Shown: positions 37,019-47,600 of the stretch, one piece after another
Layout: each line of letters begins with the position of its first letter
Numbering within the stretch: the stretch's first letter is position 1
Position numbers and translations under genes: made by a program
NCBI GenBank assembly: GCA_963660905.1
Contig: CAVKZJ010000005.1
Span: 19,081 to 83,080, forward strand
Direction of reading: 5' to 3'
DNA length: 64,000 bases
Source of the DNA: a bacterium
GTDB lineage: Bacteria > Bacillota_I > Bacilli_A > RFN20 > CAG-288
Notes under the pieces: model-generated
Databases searched by the model: none
Seen by the model: the letters and a program-made list of their open reading frames with translations, nothing else
Told to the model about the DNA's origin: nothing

Positions 37019-38404
37019 ATGGATTTAAAGGAAAATTATACAGTCAAAGACTTATACGAGATGGCCGAAAAAGGAACTCTTTCGACCTTGGAAGGAAAAA
37101 AGCTTTCTTTTGGCGGATATGTCAAAACCAATCGCTTTTCGGGAAATATCGGCTTTGTCAGTCTCAATGACGGCACCTGCTTTTCGAATATCCAGGTCGT
37201 CTATGACGAGAAGCAGAAAGATGCCCAGAAAGCCAAGCTCGGCTGCTCCCTTTTAGTCGATGGCTCGCTTCATGTCACCCCCGAAGCCAAGCAGCCTTTC
37301 GAACTGCAGGCCGACAATGTCGTCCTTGTCGGCGATGTCGATGAAGCCTATCCGCTTCAGAAGAAGAAGATGTCCTTCGAATATCTTCGTGACATCCCGC
37401 AGTGGAGAATGAAGACGAACACCTTCAATGCCGTCAATCGCGTCCGATCGACTCTGGCATTCTACATCCACGAATATTTCCATAAGAACGGCTACCTTTG
37501 GATTCATACGCCGATTCTGACAGCCAATGACTGCGAAGGCGAAGGACAGACGTTCGATGTCTATGCCGATGTCAAGCATCCGGAAGAATACTTCAACAAG
37601 GAGAACGTCCACCTCACGGTCTCCGGACAGCTCCATGTCGAGCCTTTCGCCTTAACCTATGGGAAGGTCTATACCTTTGGACCGACCTTCCGTGCCGAAA
37701 AGTCCAACACCGTCCGCCATGCGGCCGAATTCTGGATGATCGAACCGGAAATCGCCTGGGCACATCTTTCCGATTTATGCAATATTGAGGAAGATTTCCT
37801 GAAATATGTTGTCTCGAATACCATCAAGGACTGCAAACAGGACATGGATTTCTTCGAAAAATGGGTCGACAAGGATGTCAAGAAGAGAATGGATGAATTC
37901 ATCAACAAGCCATTCAAGCGCGTCAAATATGAAGAAGCCATCCAGATTCTGCAGGACGCCGTCAGGAACGGTCACAAATTCGAAGTCAGCGATATCCATT
38001 TCGGCCTTGATTTAGGAAGCGAACACGAAAGATATCTCACTGAAACCTACTTCAAGGGACCGATTTTCCTCACAGACTATCCAAAGGAAATCAAGGCCTT
38101 CTATATGAAGCAGAATGAGGATGGAAAGACTGTCGGCGCAACCGACCTTCTTGTCCCTGTCATCGGAGAACTTTGTGGTGGAAGCGAAAGAGAAGCCGAT
38201 TATGACAAACTGCTCAACCGCATGAAGGAACTCAACATGAATATTCCGGCCTATGAATGGTATCTCGACCTGAGAAAGAACGGTTCGATGCCCCATTCGG
38301 GATTCGGACTCGGATTCGAAAGACTCGTCATGCTTGTCACGGGCATGAGCAACATCCGTGATGTCTTGCCTTATCCTCGCTGTTACAAAGATATGGAATT
38401 CTAA
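37019..38404 (+). CDS. asnS: Asparagine--tRNA ligase.
   Basis: The protein is a 461-aa class IIb synthetase with FRAEKSNTVRHAAEFWMIEPE, GGSERE and GFGLGFERL. Confidence 0.88.
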   Translation: MDLKENYTVKDLYEMAEKGTLSTLEGKKLSFGGYVKTNRFSGNIGFVSLNDGTCFSNIQVVYDEKQKDAQKAKLGCSLLVDGSLHVTPEAKQPFELQADNVVLVGDVDEAYPLQKKKMSFEYLRDIPQWRMKTNTFNAVNRVRSTLAFYIHEYFHKNGYLWIHTPILTANDCEGEGQTFDVYADVKHPEEYFNKENVHLTVSGQLHVEPFALTYGKVYTFGPTFRAEKSNTVRHAAEFWMIEPEIAWAHLSDLCNIEEDFLKYVVSNTIKDCKQDMDFFEKWVDKDVKKRMDEFINKPFKRVKYEEAIQILQDAVRNGHKFEVSDIHFGLDLGSEHERYLTETYFKGPIFLTDYPKEIKAFYMKQNEDGKTVGATDLLVPVIGELCGGSEREADYDKLLNRMKELNMNIPAYEWYLDLRKNGSMPHSGFGLGFERLVMLVTGMSNIRDVLPYPRCYKDMEF

Positions 38405-38407
38405 AAC

Positions 38408-39607
38408 ATGTTCGGAAAAAAGAAGAGAGAAAACACAAAGACGGAAGACGTCACCTCCATTCATGCCACGATGCCTGACACTGGCCATATAGAAAAGGAA
38501 ACGGACAAGAAGAGCCGCTTCCCTTTGGTCATGAAGATCATTTCCTCAGCACTCGTTATTTCGAGTGCGGCTTTCCTTTGCTATTCTATCTATCTTTTTA
38601 TCGATGACACGAAGAATTCCGCTTCCGATGATGCCTATATCACCCTGAACGGGAAAAGCATCCAGGAAAGCAAGAATCTCCTCTCCATGTTCGGAGACGA
38701 AAAAAAGAACAAGGCATACGACTATGCGATACTGGGAGACAAATTCTTTCTCTCGGAAACGAAAATCTCCCCAGCGGTCCTCGATGGAAGCGCGACATAT
38801 TATATCGGAGAAGGGAAAAACAATCTCTTCCTATACAATCTGACCACCAACCAATCCAAATTCGCCTTAGGAGCGACGGATATCAGGAATCACCAATATT
38901 ATTTCGATCTGAGTGTCCTTGACGAAGGAGACTATCTCATCTATTCCGATGAAGGATCCTTCTCCTCTTTAAAAGACTATAATCCCTATTCCTTAAGCTG
39001 CGATAAGACCATCCATTATGAAACCTATACGCTTCCCAACGAGGATGGAATCCGAAAGAGAATCACAGTCAGGAACAACAAGGAATCGCCTTATACTCTC
39101 TTGAACGTCAAAAAGTGCGGTTCCACCCTGCCGACGAAAAATTATGATATCGTCGTCTTCCAAAGCGAATATGATTCCTCTCTCAATAAAATCGAAAACA
39201 AAGATCTGGAGTCCTACAACAAGGCCAGAAAGACAATAGAGGAAACGTATTCGAATAAATACAAGATCAAGTTCGCCTCTTCCTTGCAGGAGGCCTATGA
39301 TACCAATGCGACATTATCGATTTCCCTGACCGGCGAAAACATGAATTACATGTCCATCTATTCGAAAAAGAGTGCATCTTTCCTCGAAACGAATACACTT
39401 TCGGACACTCTTCTTGCAGGATACGACAAAAACCCTGAAATTCGGGAGCTTTCCGGTTATATTGGTCGTGCGGGAGAAAATCTTTCTTCCGTAAAAGGAA
39501 ACGATACCATCACCCACAGCGATTCGCATATCGGAAAAGATAGCTACCTGATCAGCCAGGACGAAGAGATGATTACGAAAATCAATCGGATTTTGAGCGA
39601 CCGTTGA
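38408..39607 (+). CDS. Hypothetical bitopic protein (N-terminal TM anchor, outside domain of about 330 aa).
   Basis: The TM segment is VMKIISSALVISSAAFLCYSIYLFI. No motif was recognised. It is packed 3 nt after asnS and 13 nt before galE. Confidence 0.6.
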   Translation: MFGKKKRENTKTEDVTSIHATMPDTGHIEKETDKKSRFPLVMKIISSALVISSAAFLCYSIYLFIDDTKNSASDDAYITLNGKSIQESKNLLSMFGDEKKNKAYDYAILGDKFFLSETKISPAVLDGSATYYIGEGKNNLFLYNLTTNQSKFALGATDIRNHQYYFDLSVLDEGDYLIYSDEGSFSSLKDYNPYSLSCDKTIHYETYTLPNEDGIRKRITVRNNKESPYTLLNVKKCGSTLPTKNYDIVVFQSEYDSSLNKIENKDLESYNKARKTIEETYSNKYKIKFASSLQEAYDTNATLSISLTGENMNYMSIYSKKSASFLETNTLSDTLLAGYDKNPEIRELSGYIGRAGENLSSVKGNDTITHSDSHIGKDSYLISQDEEMITKINRILSDR

Positions 39608-39620
39608 AAGGAGAAAAGTT

Positions 39621-40646
39621 ATGGAACACAAAAACATTTTAGTCACAGGAGGCATGGGCTATATCGGATCCCATACCGTCATCAAGCTTGTCGAATATGG
39701 ATACACCCCCATCATCATCGATAGCCTCGTCAATTCTTCCGAGAAAGTTCTTCCGAGAATCGAGAAAATCGCGGGAACGAAGATCAAGTTCTACAAAGGC
39801 GATGTCTGCTGCAAGGAGGATGTCGAAAAAATCTTCCAGGAGAACCATATTGATGCCGTCATTCATTTTGCCGGACTCAAGGCCGTCGGGGAATCCGTCC
39901 AGAAGCCCGTCGAATATTACAGGAACAACCTTGACTCCACATTGACCCTATTGGAAATCATGCCAAAATACGGCTGCAAGAATATCATCTTCTCCTCTTC
40001 TGCCACTGTCTATGGCACACCGAGTCATGTTCCGCTTGTCGAGGAAGATCCAGTCGGACAGGCCACGAATCCCTATGGCACAACCAAAATCATCCAGGAA
40101 GGCATCTTCAAGGATTTCGCATTCGTCCATAAGGACTTCAATATCGCTTTGTTAAGATACTTCAATCCGATCGGTGCCCATCCATCGGGAATGATCGGAG
40201 AAGCTCCCAATGGCATTCCCAACAATCTGATGCCCTATATCACCCAGGTCGCTGTCGGAAAGAGAGACCATTTGAGCATCTTTGGAAATGATTATCCAAC
40301 CAAGGACGGAACCTGCATCCGCGATTACATTCACGTCCTCGATCTCGCCGAAGGTCATGTCCTTGCCTTGAAGAAGCTCTTCACGGATTCCGGATTGGTC
40401 ATCTACAATCTCGGAACCGGAAAAGGAACTTCTGTCCTGGAACTTGTCAATGCCTATGAAACAGCCACGGGCGTAAAGATTCCTTATGTCATCGCCCCAA
40501 GAAGAGCCGGTGACGTTCCTGAGAACTATGCCGGAACAGCAAAGGCCGAAAAGGAGCTCGGATTCAAGGCAAAATACACCATCGTCGACTCCTGCAGAGA
40601 CTCCAACCACTGGCAACAGCTCAATCCAAACGGATACGAAGAATAA
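39621..40646 (+). CDS. galE: UDP-glucose 4-epimerase.
   Basis: It has VTGGMGYIGSH and the YGTTK (YxxxK) motif. The protein is 341 aa. Confidence 0.92.
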   Translation: MEHKNILVTGGMGYIGSHTVIKLVEYGYTPIIIDSLVNSSEKVLPRIEKIAGTKIKFYKGDVCCKEDVEKIFQENHIDAVIHFAGLKAVGESVQKPVEYYRNNLDSTLTLLEIMPKYGCKNIIFSSSATVYGTPSHVPLVEEDPVGQATNPYGTTKIIQEGIFKDFAFVHKDFNIALLRYFNPIGAHPSGMIGEAPNGIPNNLMPYITQVAVGKRDHLSIFGNDYPTKDGTCIRDYIHVLDLAEGHVLALKKLFTDSGLVIYNLGTGKGTSVLELVNAYETATGVKIPYVIAPRRAGDVPENYAGTAKAEKELGFKAKYTIVDSCRDSNHWQQLNPNGYEE

Positions 40647-40655
40647 AAAAGAGAG

Positions 40656-40685
40656 AGTTCGAAGAAAATTCTTCGAACTTTTTTC
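40656..40685 (+). terminator. Intrinsic terminator after galE.
   Basis: AGTTCGAAG, a 6-nt loop, then CTTCGAACT followed by TTTTT. Confidence 0.75.
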
Positions 40686-40691
40686 TTTGGC

Positions 40692-40709
40692 ATGAAAATA
40701 CATTTTCAT
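40692..40709. promoter_or_regulatory. Perfect inverted repeat ATGAAAAT-AC-ATTTTCAT upstream of the GSIII gene.
   Basis: It has 8-bp arms and a 2-nt spacer. A third ATGAAAAT occurs at 40804..40811. Confidence 0.3.
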
Positions 40710-40898
40710 AATCAGTGATAAATGAATATAGCCTACATTATCGAATAATTTTATATTCTCAACCTATCCTTCTGTGAAAAGTTTTTTCTATCATTTTGAA
40801 AAAATGAAAATTTCTTATTTATCTTTCGACAAAAAAGGGATATATTTATTGCAGCATAAATTTCACCTTGCTTCACCTGGCAATAAAGGAGGATAACC

Positions 40899-43010
40899 AT
40901 GCCAAGTTCATTCGATATACCCGCTAATTATGGTGTCGACGTATTCGATGATGAAGAGATGAGAAGTCACCTTCCGGAAAAAGTCTATCGCGATCTGATG
41001 GATACCATCCACAATGGCAAGGAATTGGATTCGTCCTTAGCTGATGATGTCGCCCACGGAATGAAAGAATGGGCCATCTCCAAAGGTGCCACACATTATA
41101 CACACTGGTTCCAGCCACTGACAGGCGTCACCGCTGAAAAGCATGACTCCTTCATTTCCGTTCCCAATAAGAAAGGCAAGGTCATCATGTCCTTCTCGGG
41201 AAAGGAACTCATCAAAGGCGAACCGGATGCCTCGAGTTTCCCCAGCGGCGGCTTGAGAGCCACCTTCGAGGCCAGAGGCTATACCGCATGGGATTGCACC
41301 TCTCCAGCCTTTGTCGTGCACGATGAATATTCCAACGTCTTATATATCCCGACCGCTTTCTGTTCTTATACCGGAGAAGCCTTGGATAGCAAGACTCCTC
41401 TCTTGAGAAGTATGGACTTTGTCTCCGAACAGGCGGTTCGCGTCTTGAAAATCTTCGGTGACAACACCACCAAGAAGGTCGTTCCGATGGCCGGCCCTGA
41501 ACAGGAATACTTCCTTGTCGACATCGAGCACTTCGCCCAGAGAAAAGACTTGATCTATACTGGAAGAACGCTTTTCGGTGCACCCGCTCCGAAAGGCCAG
41601 GAATTGGACGATCACTATTTCGGTCCAATCCGTGAACAGATTGCCGGCTTCATGACCGAAGTCAACCAGGTCTTATGGAAATTAGGCATTCCTGCCAAGA
41701 CGGAGCACAATGAAGTCGCTCCTTCCCAGCATGAATTGGCTGTCATCTACGGTTCTGCCAATGTCGCAGCCGACCAGAACGCCTTGGTCATGATGATCTT
41801 AAAGAAGATTGCCAAGAAGCATGGCTTCATCTGCTTGTTTGCCGAAAAGCCATTCGCAGGCATCAACGGTTCCGGAAAACACGACAACTGGTCCTTGCAG
41901 ACCGACACCGGCATGAACCTTCTCAAGCCCGGAAAGAATCCGCATGAAAATACGCAGTTCCTCGTCTTCCTTGCCGCCGTCGTCAAAGCAGTCGACGAAT
42001 ATGCAGGATTGATGAGAGAATCCGTCGCAACCTATACCAACGATTTCCGTTTGGGTGCCAATGAAGCCCCGCCGGCCATCGTTTCCATCTTCCTTGGCGA
42101 TGAACTCAATGCCGTCGTCGAGAAGATCATCCACGCCAACACGACGGCCAAGAAGAGAGCCGATTCCCTTCTTCAGACCGGTGCCAAGTCTCTCCCTGTT
42201 CTTTCGAGAGATTCCACCGATCGAAATAGAACCTCTCCGTTTGCCTTCACCGGCAACCGCTTCGAGTTCCGTATGGTCGGTTCCAACCAGAATGTGGCCA
42301 ATGCCAACATCGTCCTGGATACGATTGTCGGAAAGGCCTTGAAGGACTTTGCCGATACGATCGAAAGAAGCGAAGATTCCCTTGTTGCCATCAACGAATG
42401 GATCAAGACAACGCTCAAAGATCATGAAAGAATCATCTTCAATGGCGATGGCTATTCCGATGCCTGGGTCAAGGAAGCCGAAAAGCGCGGCCTTCTCAAC
42501 CTCAAGACCACCGTGGAAGCCACGGACGTCCTCAACGAAGACAAGACCATCGAACTCTTCACGGAATCCGGCGTCATGACCAGCACAGAACTCAAGTCCA
42601 GAGCCGAAATCATGTATGACAACTATGCATCCCAGGTCTTCATCGATGCCAAGACCATGTCCCACATGGCTCATAAGCTCTATATCCCTGCCGTCAACAG
42701 CTATTTCACCTCGCTTGTCAAGGAAGCCAAAGGCTGCAAGGATATCGCCATCGACGCTCCAAAATCGACCATCGAAAGCATCAAGAAGATTTCCTCCCTC
42801 TTGGATGATGTCTGCCTTGCTGCCGAGAAGCTCGATCATGCCATCGTCGAATGCACTGGCAAGGGAAGAGACAAAGCCATCTATGCGCGCGATACTCTTC
42901 TTCCTCTGATGGCCGATTTGAGAAAACCGGTCGATGAGCTCGAAACCATCGTCAGCAAAGCCTACTGGCCGGTTCCTTCCTATGGCGATCTCCTTTTCCA
43001 CATCAACTAA
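40899..43010 (+). CDS. glnA: Glutamine synthetase type III.
   Basis: The protein is 703 aa with the GSIII-type N-terminus (MREWAISKGATHYTHWFQPLTG) and NGSGKHDNWS. The SD is AAGGAGG. Confidence 0.88.
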   Translation: MPSSFDIPANYGVDVFDDEEMRSHLPEKVYRDLMDTIHNGKELDSSLADDVAHGMKEWAISKGATHYTHWFQPLTGVTAEKHDSFISVPNKKGKVIMSFSGKELIKGEPDASSFPSGGLRATFEARGYTAWDCTSPAFVVHDEYSNVLYIPTAFCSYTGEALDSKTPLLRSMDFVSEQAVRVLKIFGDNTTKKVVPMAGPEQEYFLVDIEHFAQRKDLIYTGRTLFGAPAPKGQELDDHYFGPIREQIAGFMTEVNQVLWKLGIPAKTEHNEVAPSQHELAVIYGSANVAADQNALVMMILKKIAKKHGFICLFAEKPFAGINGSGKHDNWSLQTDTGMNLLKPGKNPHENTQFLVFLAAVVKAVDEYAGLMRESVATYTNDFRLGANEAPPAIVSIFLGDELNAVVEKIIHANTTAKKRADSLLQTGAKSLPVLSRDSTDRNRTSPFAFTGNRFEFRMVGSNQNVANANIVLDTIVGKALKDFADTIERSEDSLVAINEWIKTTLKDHERIIFNGDGYSDAWVKEAEKRGLLNLKTTVEATDVLNEDKTIELFTESGVMTSTELKSRAEIMYDNYASQVFIDAKTMSHMAHKLYIPAVNSYFTSLVKEAKGCKDIAIDAPKSTIESIKKISSLLDDVCLAAEKLDHAIVECTGKGRDKAIYARDTLLPLMADLRKPVDELETIVSKAYWPVPSYGDLLFHIN

Positions 43011-43042
43011 GCTTCCTTTCAGTTCATAAGCAATGCTTTTCT

Positions 43043-43070
43043 AAGGGCATAAGTTTTTATGCCCTTTTCC
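43043..43070 (+). terminator. Intrinsic terminator after glnA.
   Basis: AAGGGCATA, a 6-nt loop, then TATGCCCTT followed by TTCCTTTT. Confidence 0.65.
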
Positions 43071-43137
43071 TTTTATGCTTTCTTGCATATAAAATCAATC
43101 GTGTTAAAATAGTTACCCTTTCAGAAGGAAAAAGAAA

Positions 43138-44529
43138 ATGGAAAAAAGAACAGAATCAGACTCCATCGGTTCTTTGGAACTCGATGAGGATGTCTACTAT
43201 GGCGTACAGACTCTCCGTGCAAAAAAGAATTTCTCCATCACCGGACGCGGCGTGATAAAAGAATTCATCCAGAATATGGCTTTGATCAAGAAAGCCGCTG
43301 CCATCACCAACTGTGAGGCTTCCTTGTTGGCCAAAGAAAAAGCCGCTGCCATCATCAAAGCCTGTGATGAAGTCTATGAAGGTAAATTCAATGACGCTTT
43401 CATCGTCGACCAGATTCAGGGCGGAGCGGGAACAAGTTCCAACATGAATATGAACGAGGTCGTCGCCAACAGAGCCAACGAGATTCTCGGTGGCAAGAAA
43501 GGCGAATATAACTTCGTCCATCCCAATGACCACGTCAATATGGCCCAATCCACCAATGATGTCATCCCCACAGCCGGAAAGATGACGACCCTCACCCTCA
43601 TGATGCCTTTGTTCGATGAACTCGAAAAGCTCTATAAGGCCCTCAATGAGAAAGCCATCGCTTTCAAGGATATCCTCAAGATGGGAAGAACCCAGCTTCA
43701 GGATGCTGTCCCGATGACCTTGGGAAACACGTTCGAAAGCTACGCTTCCATGATTGAGCGCTGCATTCAGCGTCTAAAGACGGCCAGCAAGGAGATGACG
43801 ATTATCAACCTTGGCGGAACAGCCATCGGAAACGGCATCAATGCATCCAGATATTATGAAGAACATATCGTTGAGAATCTGAACAAGTTCTTCTTCACTC
43901 CGCTGACAAAGGCAAGTGACCTTTTCGATGCGACGGAGAATCTGGATTCCTTTGTCGAAATCTCAGGCGCATTGAAGGCATTGGCTGTCGGATTATCCAA
44001 GATGTGCAATGATCTGAGACTTCTCTCGAGCGGACCACGATGCGGCCTAAACGAAATCAATCTTCCTGCCATGCAGAACGGATCTTCCATCATGCCAGGA
44101 AAAGTCAATCCCGTCATCCCTGAGGTCGTCACCCAGGCCAGCTATCTTGTCATCGGACATGATGCGACCATCTCCTTGGCCTGCGAGGCCGGCCAGATGG
44201 AGCTTAATGCCTTTGAACCGGTCATCTTCTCCCAGCTTTTCGAATCGATCCAGGCTCTGAGCGGTGCCATCAACACCCTGACGAACAACTGCATTCTTGG
44301 AATCAGCGCCAACAAAGAGCACTGTCTTGAGCTGGAGAAATCCTCTTTGGGCATCGTCACAGCCCTTGCCCCCTACTTAGGCTATAAGGAATCAGCCCGC
44401 ATTGCCAAGACCGCCTTAAAGAAGAACAAGAGCATCGAAGAAATCGTCTTGGAAGAAAACATCATGCCGAAGGAAAAACTCGAAGAGATTCTTTCCAAGG
44501 CTGTGGAAGAAACAAAGAAGGTTTTCTGA
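43138..44529 (+). CDS. aspA: Aspartate ammonia-lyase (fumarase/aspartase superfamily).
   Basis: It has GSSIMPGKVNPVIPE, where the PV..PE context favours aspartase over class II fumarase. It also has TNDVIPTA and QGGAGTSSNMN. Confidence 0.75.
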   Translation: MEKRTESDSIGSLELDEDVYYGVQTLRAKKNFSITGRGVIKEFIQNMALIKKAAAITNCEASLLAKEKAAAIIKACDEVYEGKFNDAFIVDQIQGGAGTSSNMNMNEVVANRANEILGGKKGEYNFVHPNDHVNMAQSTNDVIPTAGKMTTLTLMMPLFDELEKLYKALNEKAIAFKDILKMGRTQLQDAVPMTLGNTFESYASMIERCIQRLKTASKEMTIINLGGTAIGNGINASRYYEEHIVENLNKFFFTPLTKASDLFDATENLDSFVEISGALKALAVGLSKMCNDLRLLSSGPRCGLNEINLPAMQNGSSIMPGKVNPVIPEVVTQASYLVIGHDATISLACEAGQMELNAFEPVIFSQLFESIQALSGAINTLTNNCILGISANKEHCLELEKSSLGIVTALAPYLGYKESARIAKTALKKNKSIEEIVLEENIMPKEKLEEILSKAVEETKKVF

Positions 44530-44574
44530 CAGAATAAAGAAACATCTTCTTTGCAAGCAAAGAATCACACAAAT

Positions 44575-44617
44575 AAAAAATCAACAGAATTCATGTAGAA
44601 ATGTCTGTTGATTTTTT
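44575..44617. terminator. Bidirectional terminator between the convergent aspA and polC genes.
   Basis: AAAAAATCAACAGA, a 15-nt loop, then TCTGTTGATTTTTT. Confidence 0.7.
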
Positions 44618-44624
44618 ATTTTCT

Positions 44625-47600
44625 TTAGAATAGTGTCATCTGTTCGTCTTCCGGAAGGTCACCCAAGGCGCCAAGGCTATTGAGAGTATCGATCATCTTG
44701 TCACCGACATGTCCTCTTTCCTTGAGATCCTCAATGGAAGTGAATGGATGCTCATCGCGTGCCTTGACAATCATCTCCGCGACGGATTCGCCAAGGGAAG
44801 GAACACAGGTCAAAGATGGGATGACCTGATTCTTTTTTCGATCGATAGAGAATTTCGTTGCCAGGGAGACATTGACGTCGAGAGGAGCAAAACTCATTCC
44901 ACGGTCATACATCTCGATTGTGGATTCATAGGCATTGATGGTTGCCAACTCCGTATTGCTTACCTGTTCACGTCTTGCTTTCCTTGAGAGGATATCTTCT
45001 CTCTTCTTCATGCAGGGATTGATTCCCTTCATCATCGTCTTTATGTCATAGGCATCACAGCGCAAAGTAAAGTAGGTTGCATAATAGGCTAGCGGCTCAT
45101 GAACCTTGAACCAGGCACAGCGGATACAGTTGGAGACATAGGCAACCGCATGTCCTTTCGGGAACATGTAGGCGATCTTATGGCAGGATTCGATATACCA
45201 ATCCGGAACATTGTGTTCCTTCATGATCTTGTCATAGGCTTCCTTCTTGTCTTCATTTCCCGGCTTTCCGAAACTGCCTTTTCTGGTGAATTCCATGATC
45301 TTGAAGGCATCGGAATTATCGACACCGTATTTGTCGTGCAAGACTGTCATGATGTCGTCACGGCAGGCGATGACATCGCCCAAAGTCAAGCCTTTTTGGG
45401 TGATCAAGTCTTCTGCATTTCCAGCAAAGACGTTCGTTCCATGGGAAAGACCCGAGATTCGGACCAAGTCGGAGAAGGAACGCGGCTTCGTTTCGATGAG
45501 AACCCTTCGACCGTTCTCCGTTCCGAATTCCGGAAGGCCCAAAGCACCCGTATCCTGCTTGAGGACATTGTTCTTCAGATGCAAGGCTTCCGTCGACCAG
45601 AAGAGCGAATGGGCCTCCGGGTCGGAAATCGGAATCTTCTCCTTCATATCCATGAAGCTGAAGCCACAGAGGTCACATTGCATCTTGATGGCGACCGGAT
45701 CGACATGTCCGAGCATATCGAATTTAAGAACGTTGTCATGAATGGCGTGGAAGTCGTAATGCGTCGTTTCCCATTTGCTGTCCGGATCATCGGCCGGGTA
45801 TTGCACCGGAGTGAAATCATAGGCCTCCATGCCCTTCGGAATGACGATGACGCCACCTGGATGCTGGCCTGTGGATCTTTTCACATCGACGCAGCCTGCG
45901 GCGATGCGGTCGATTTCCGCATTGCGGATTTTCGAATGGTCGATGCCTAAGGATTCATAATATCCTAGAACATAGCCCCTGGCCTGCTTTTCCTGGGTCG
46001 TCTGGATGGTGCCAGCCTTATAGCAATGGTTTCCAGAGGCATTGAGGACTTCCTGCATATGAAGGTGGGCTGTCGCCTGGAAATCCGAAGGGAAATTCAG
46101 ATCGATATCCGGAACCTTATCGGCGTGGAAGCCTAAGAAGGTCGCAAACGGAATGTTCTGACCATCCCCGATCAGATCCGTTCCACAGTCTGGACATTTC
46201 ATCGGCGGAAGATCAAAGCCGGAATCATATTTCATGATGTCGGCAAAGATGAGTTTCTTGCATTTCGGGCAGCGATAGTGAGGTGGAAGAGGATTGACTT
46301 CCGTGATGCCGGACATCGTCGCGACAAACGAGGAGCCGACCGAGCCACGGGAGCCGATGAGATAGCCTTTCGAGTTCGACCAGCGGACGATATCGCTCGA
46401 AAGCCAATAGACGACGGCATAGCCGCCGGAGATGATACCATTGAGTTCCGTTTCCAATCTTTCCTGAATCACCTGGGGAAGCGGATCTCCATAAAGTTCC
46501 TTGGCTGTCTGATAGGAAAGCTCCGTCAGCTTTTCATTCGCCCCCTCGATGAACGGTGGGTAAGTCTTATCCTTGGTCGGCTTGATATCGTCGGCGATGC
46601 TATCGGCGATCTTGTTGGTATTGTCGACGACGATTTCCTCTGCCAGGGCTGTATCATTTAAGAAAGCAAAGCAATCCATCATTTCATCGGTCGTTCTGAA
46701 ATGCTGGTCCGGATTGGGAAGAGGATTCTTATACCATGCCTGCTTCTTTTCGTTGCTCGCAGAATCATATGGTGCGAGATTCAAGGGGTGTCTTGCTCCC
46801 TGGAGGCCTTTCGAGGCGATGAAGACATCGCGATAGATCTTGTCTTCCGGATTCAGATAGTGGCAATCACCGGTGGCACAGACGATCTTGCCCATATTTT
46901 TCGCTGTGTGAATGAGATCGAAGAGAATATTCTTCACTTCATCCATCGAAGAAAGCTCGCCTTTATGAATCTGATAGAGATAGTTTGCCGGTGGCTGGAC
47001 CTCGATGAAATCATAAGGCTCGATGACGCTTTTCAACTTATCCTGTCCTTTGGTGGTCGCCGCCTCCCAGACTTCTCCATTGAGACAGGCTGAGCCGATG
47101 ATGAGATTCTTTCTGTTCTCCTCAAGAAGGCTCCTTGGCGTCAGCGGCGTGCTGTTTTTCGAAAGATAGACCGTGTTGGATAAAGAAATGATACGATAAA
47201 GATCCTTCAAGCCGTCGAGATTCTTGACATAAACGGTGGCATGATATGGATGAAGTCCGAGCATCATTTCCTTGCTGACAGGAAGGGAGGATAGATCCTT
47301 ATGCTTGACATGTGGCATTTTCTCTTCGAGAAGGGAAAGCATGGCATCGAAAATCTTTGCCAGATGGCCCGCATCATAGTTCGCTCTATGGGCACCTGTT
47401 GCGTCGAATTCGATGGAAAGCCTTCTTGCCAAGGCCTCCTCACGATGGGAACGCATATCCGGGAAAAGATAACGGGACAAAGGAAGCGTATCGATGACCG
47501 GATTGGAAATCAGCGGCATGCCATTGTTCTTCAAGGCTTCATTGATGAAATCGAAATCGAAGTAGGCATTATGGGCGACGATGATGGAATCGCCGAAGAA

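Noticed and set aside
40804-40896. A 30-codon upstream ORF (MKISYLSFDKKGIYLLQHKFHLASPGNKGG*) ending 2 nt before the glnA start and spanning its SD.
   Set aside because: No SD precedes its ATG, and the peptide is not enriched in Gln, Glu or any regulatory codon. It is probably chance in an AT-rich leader. It would only be worth revisiting if conserved.
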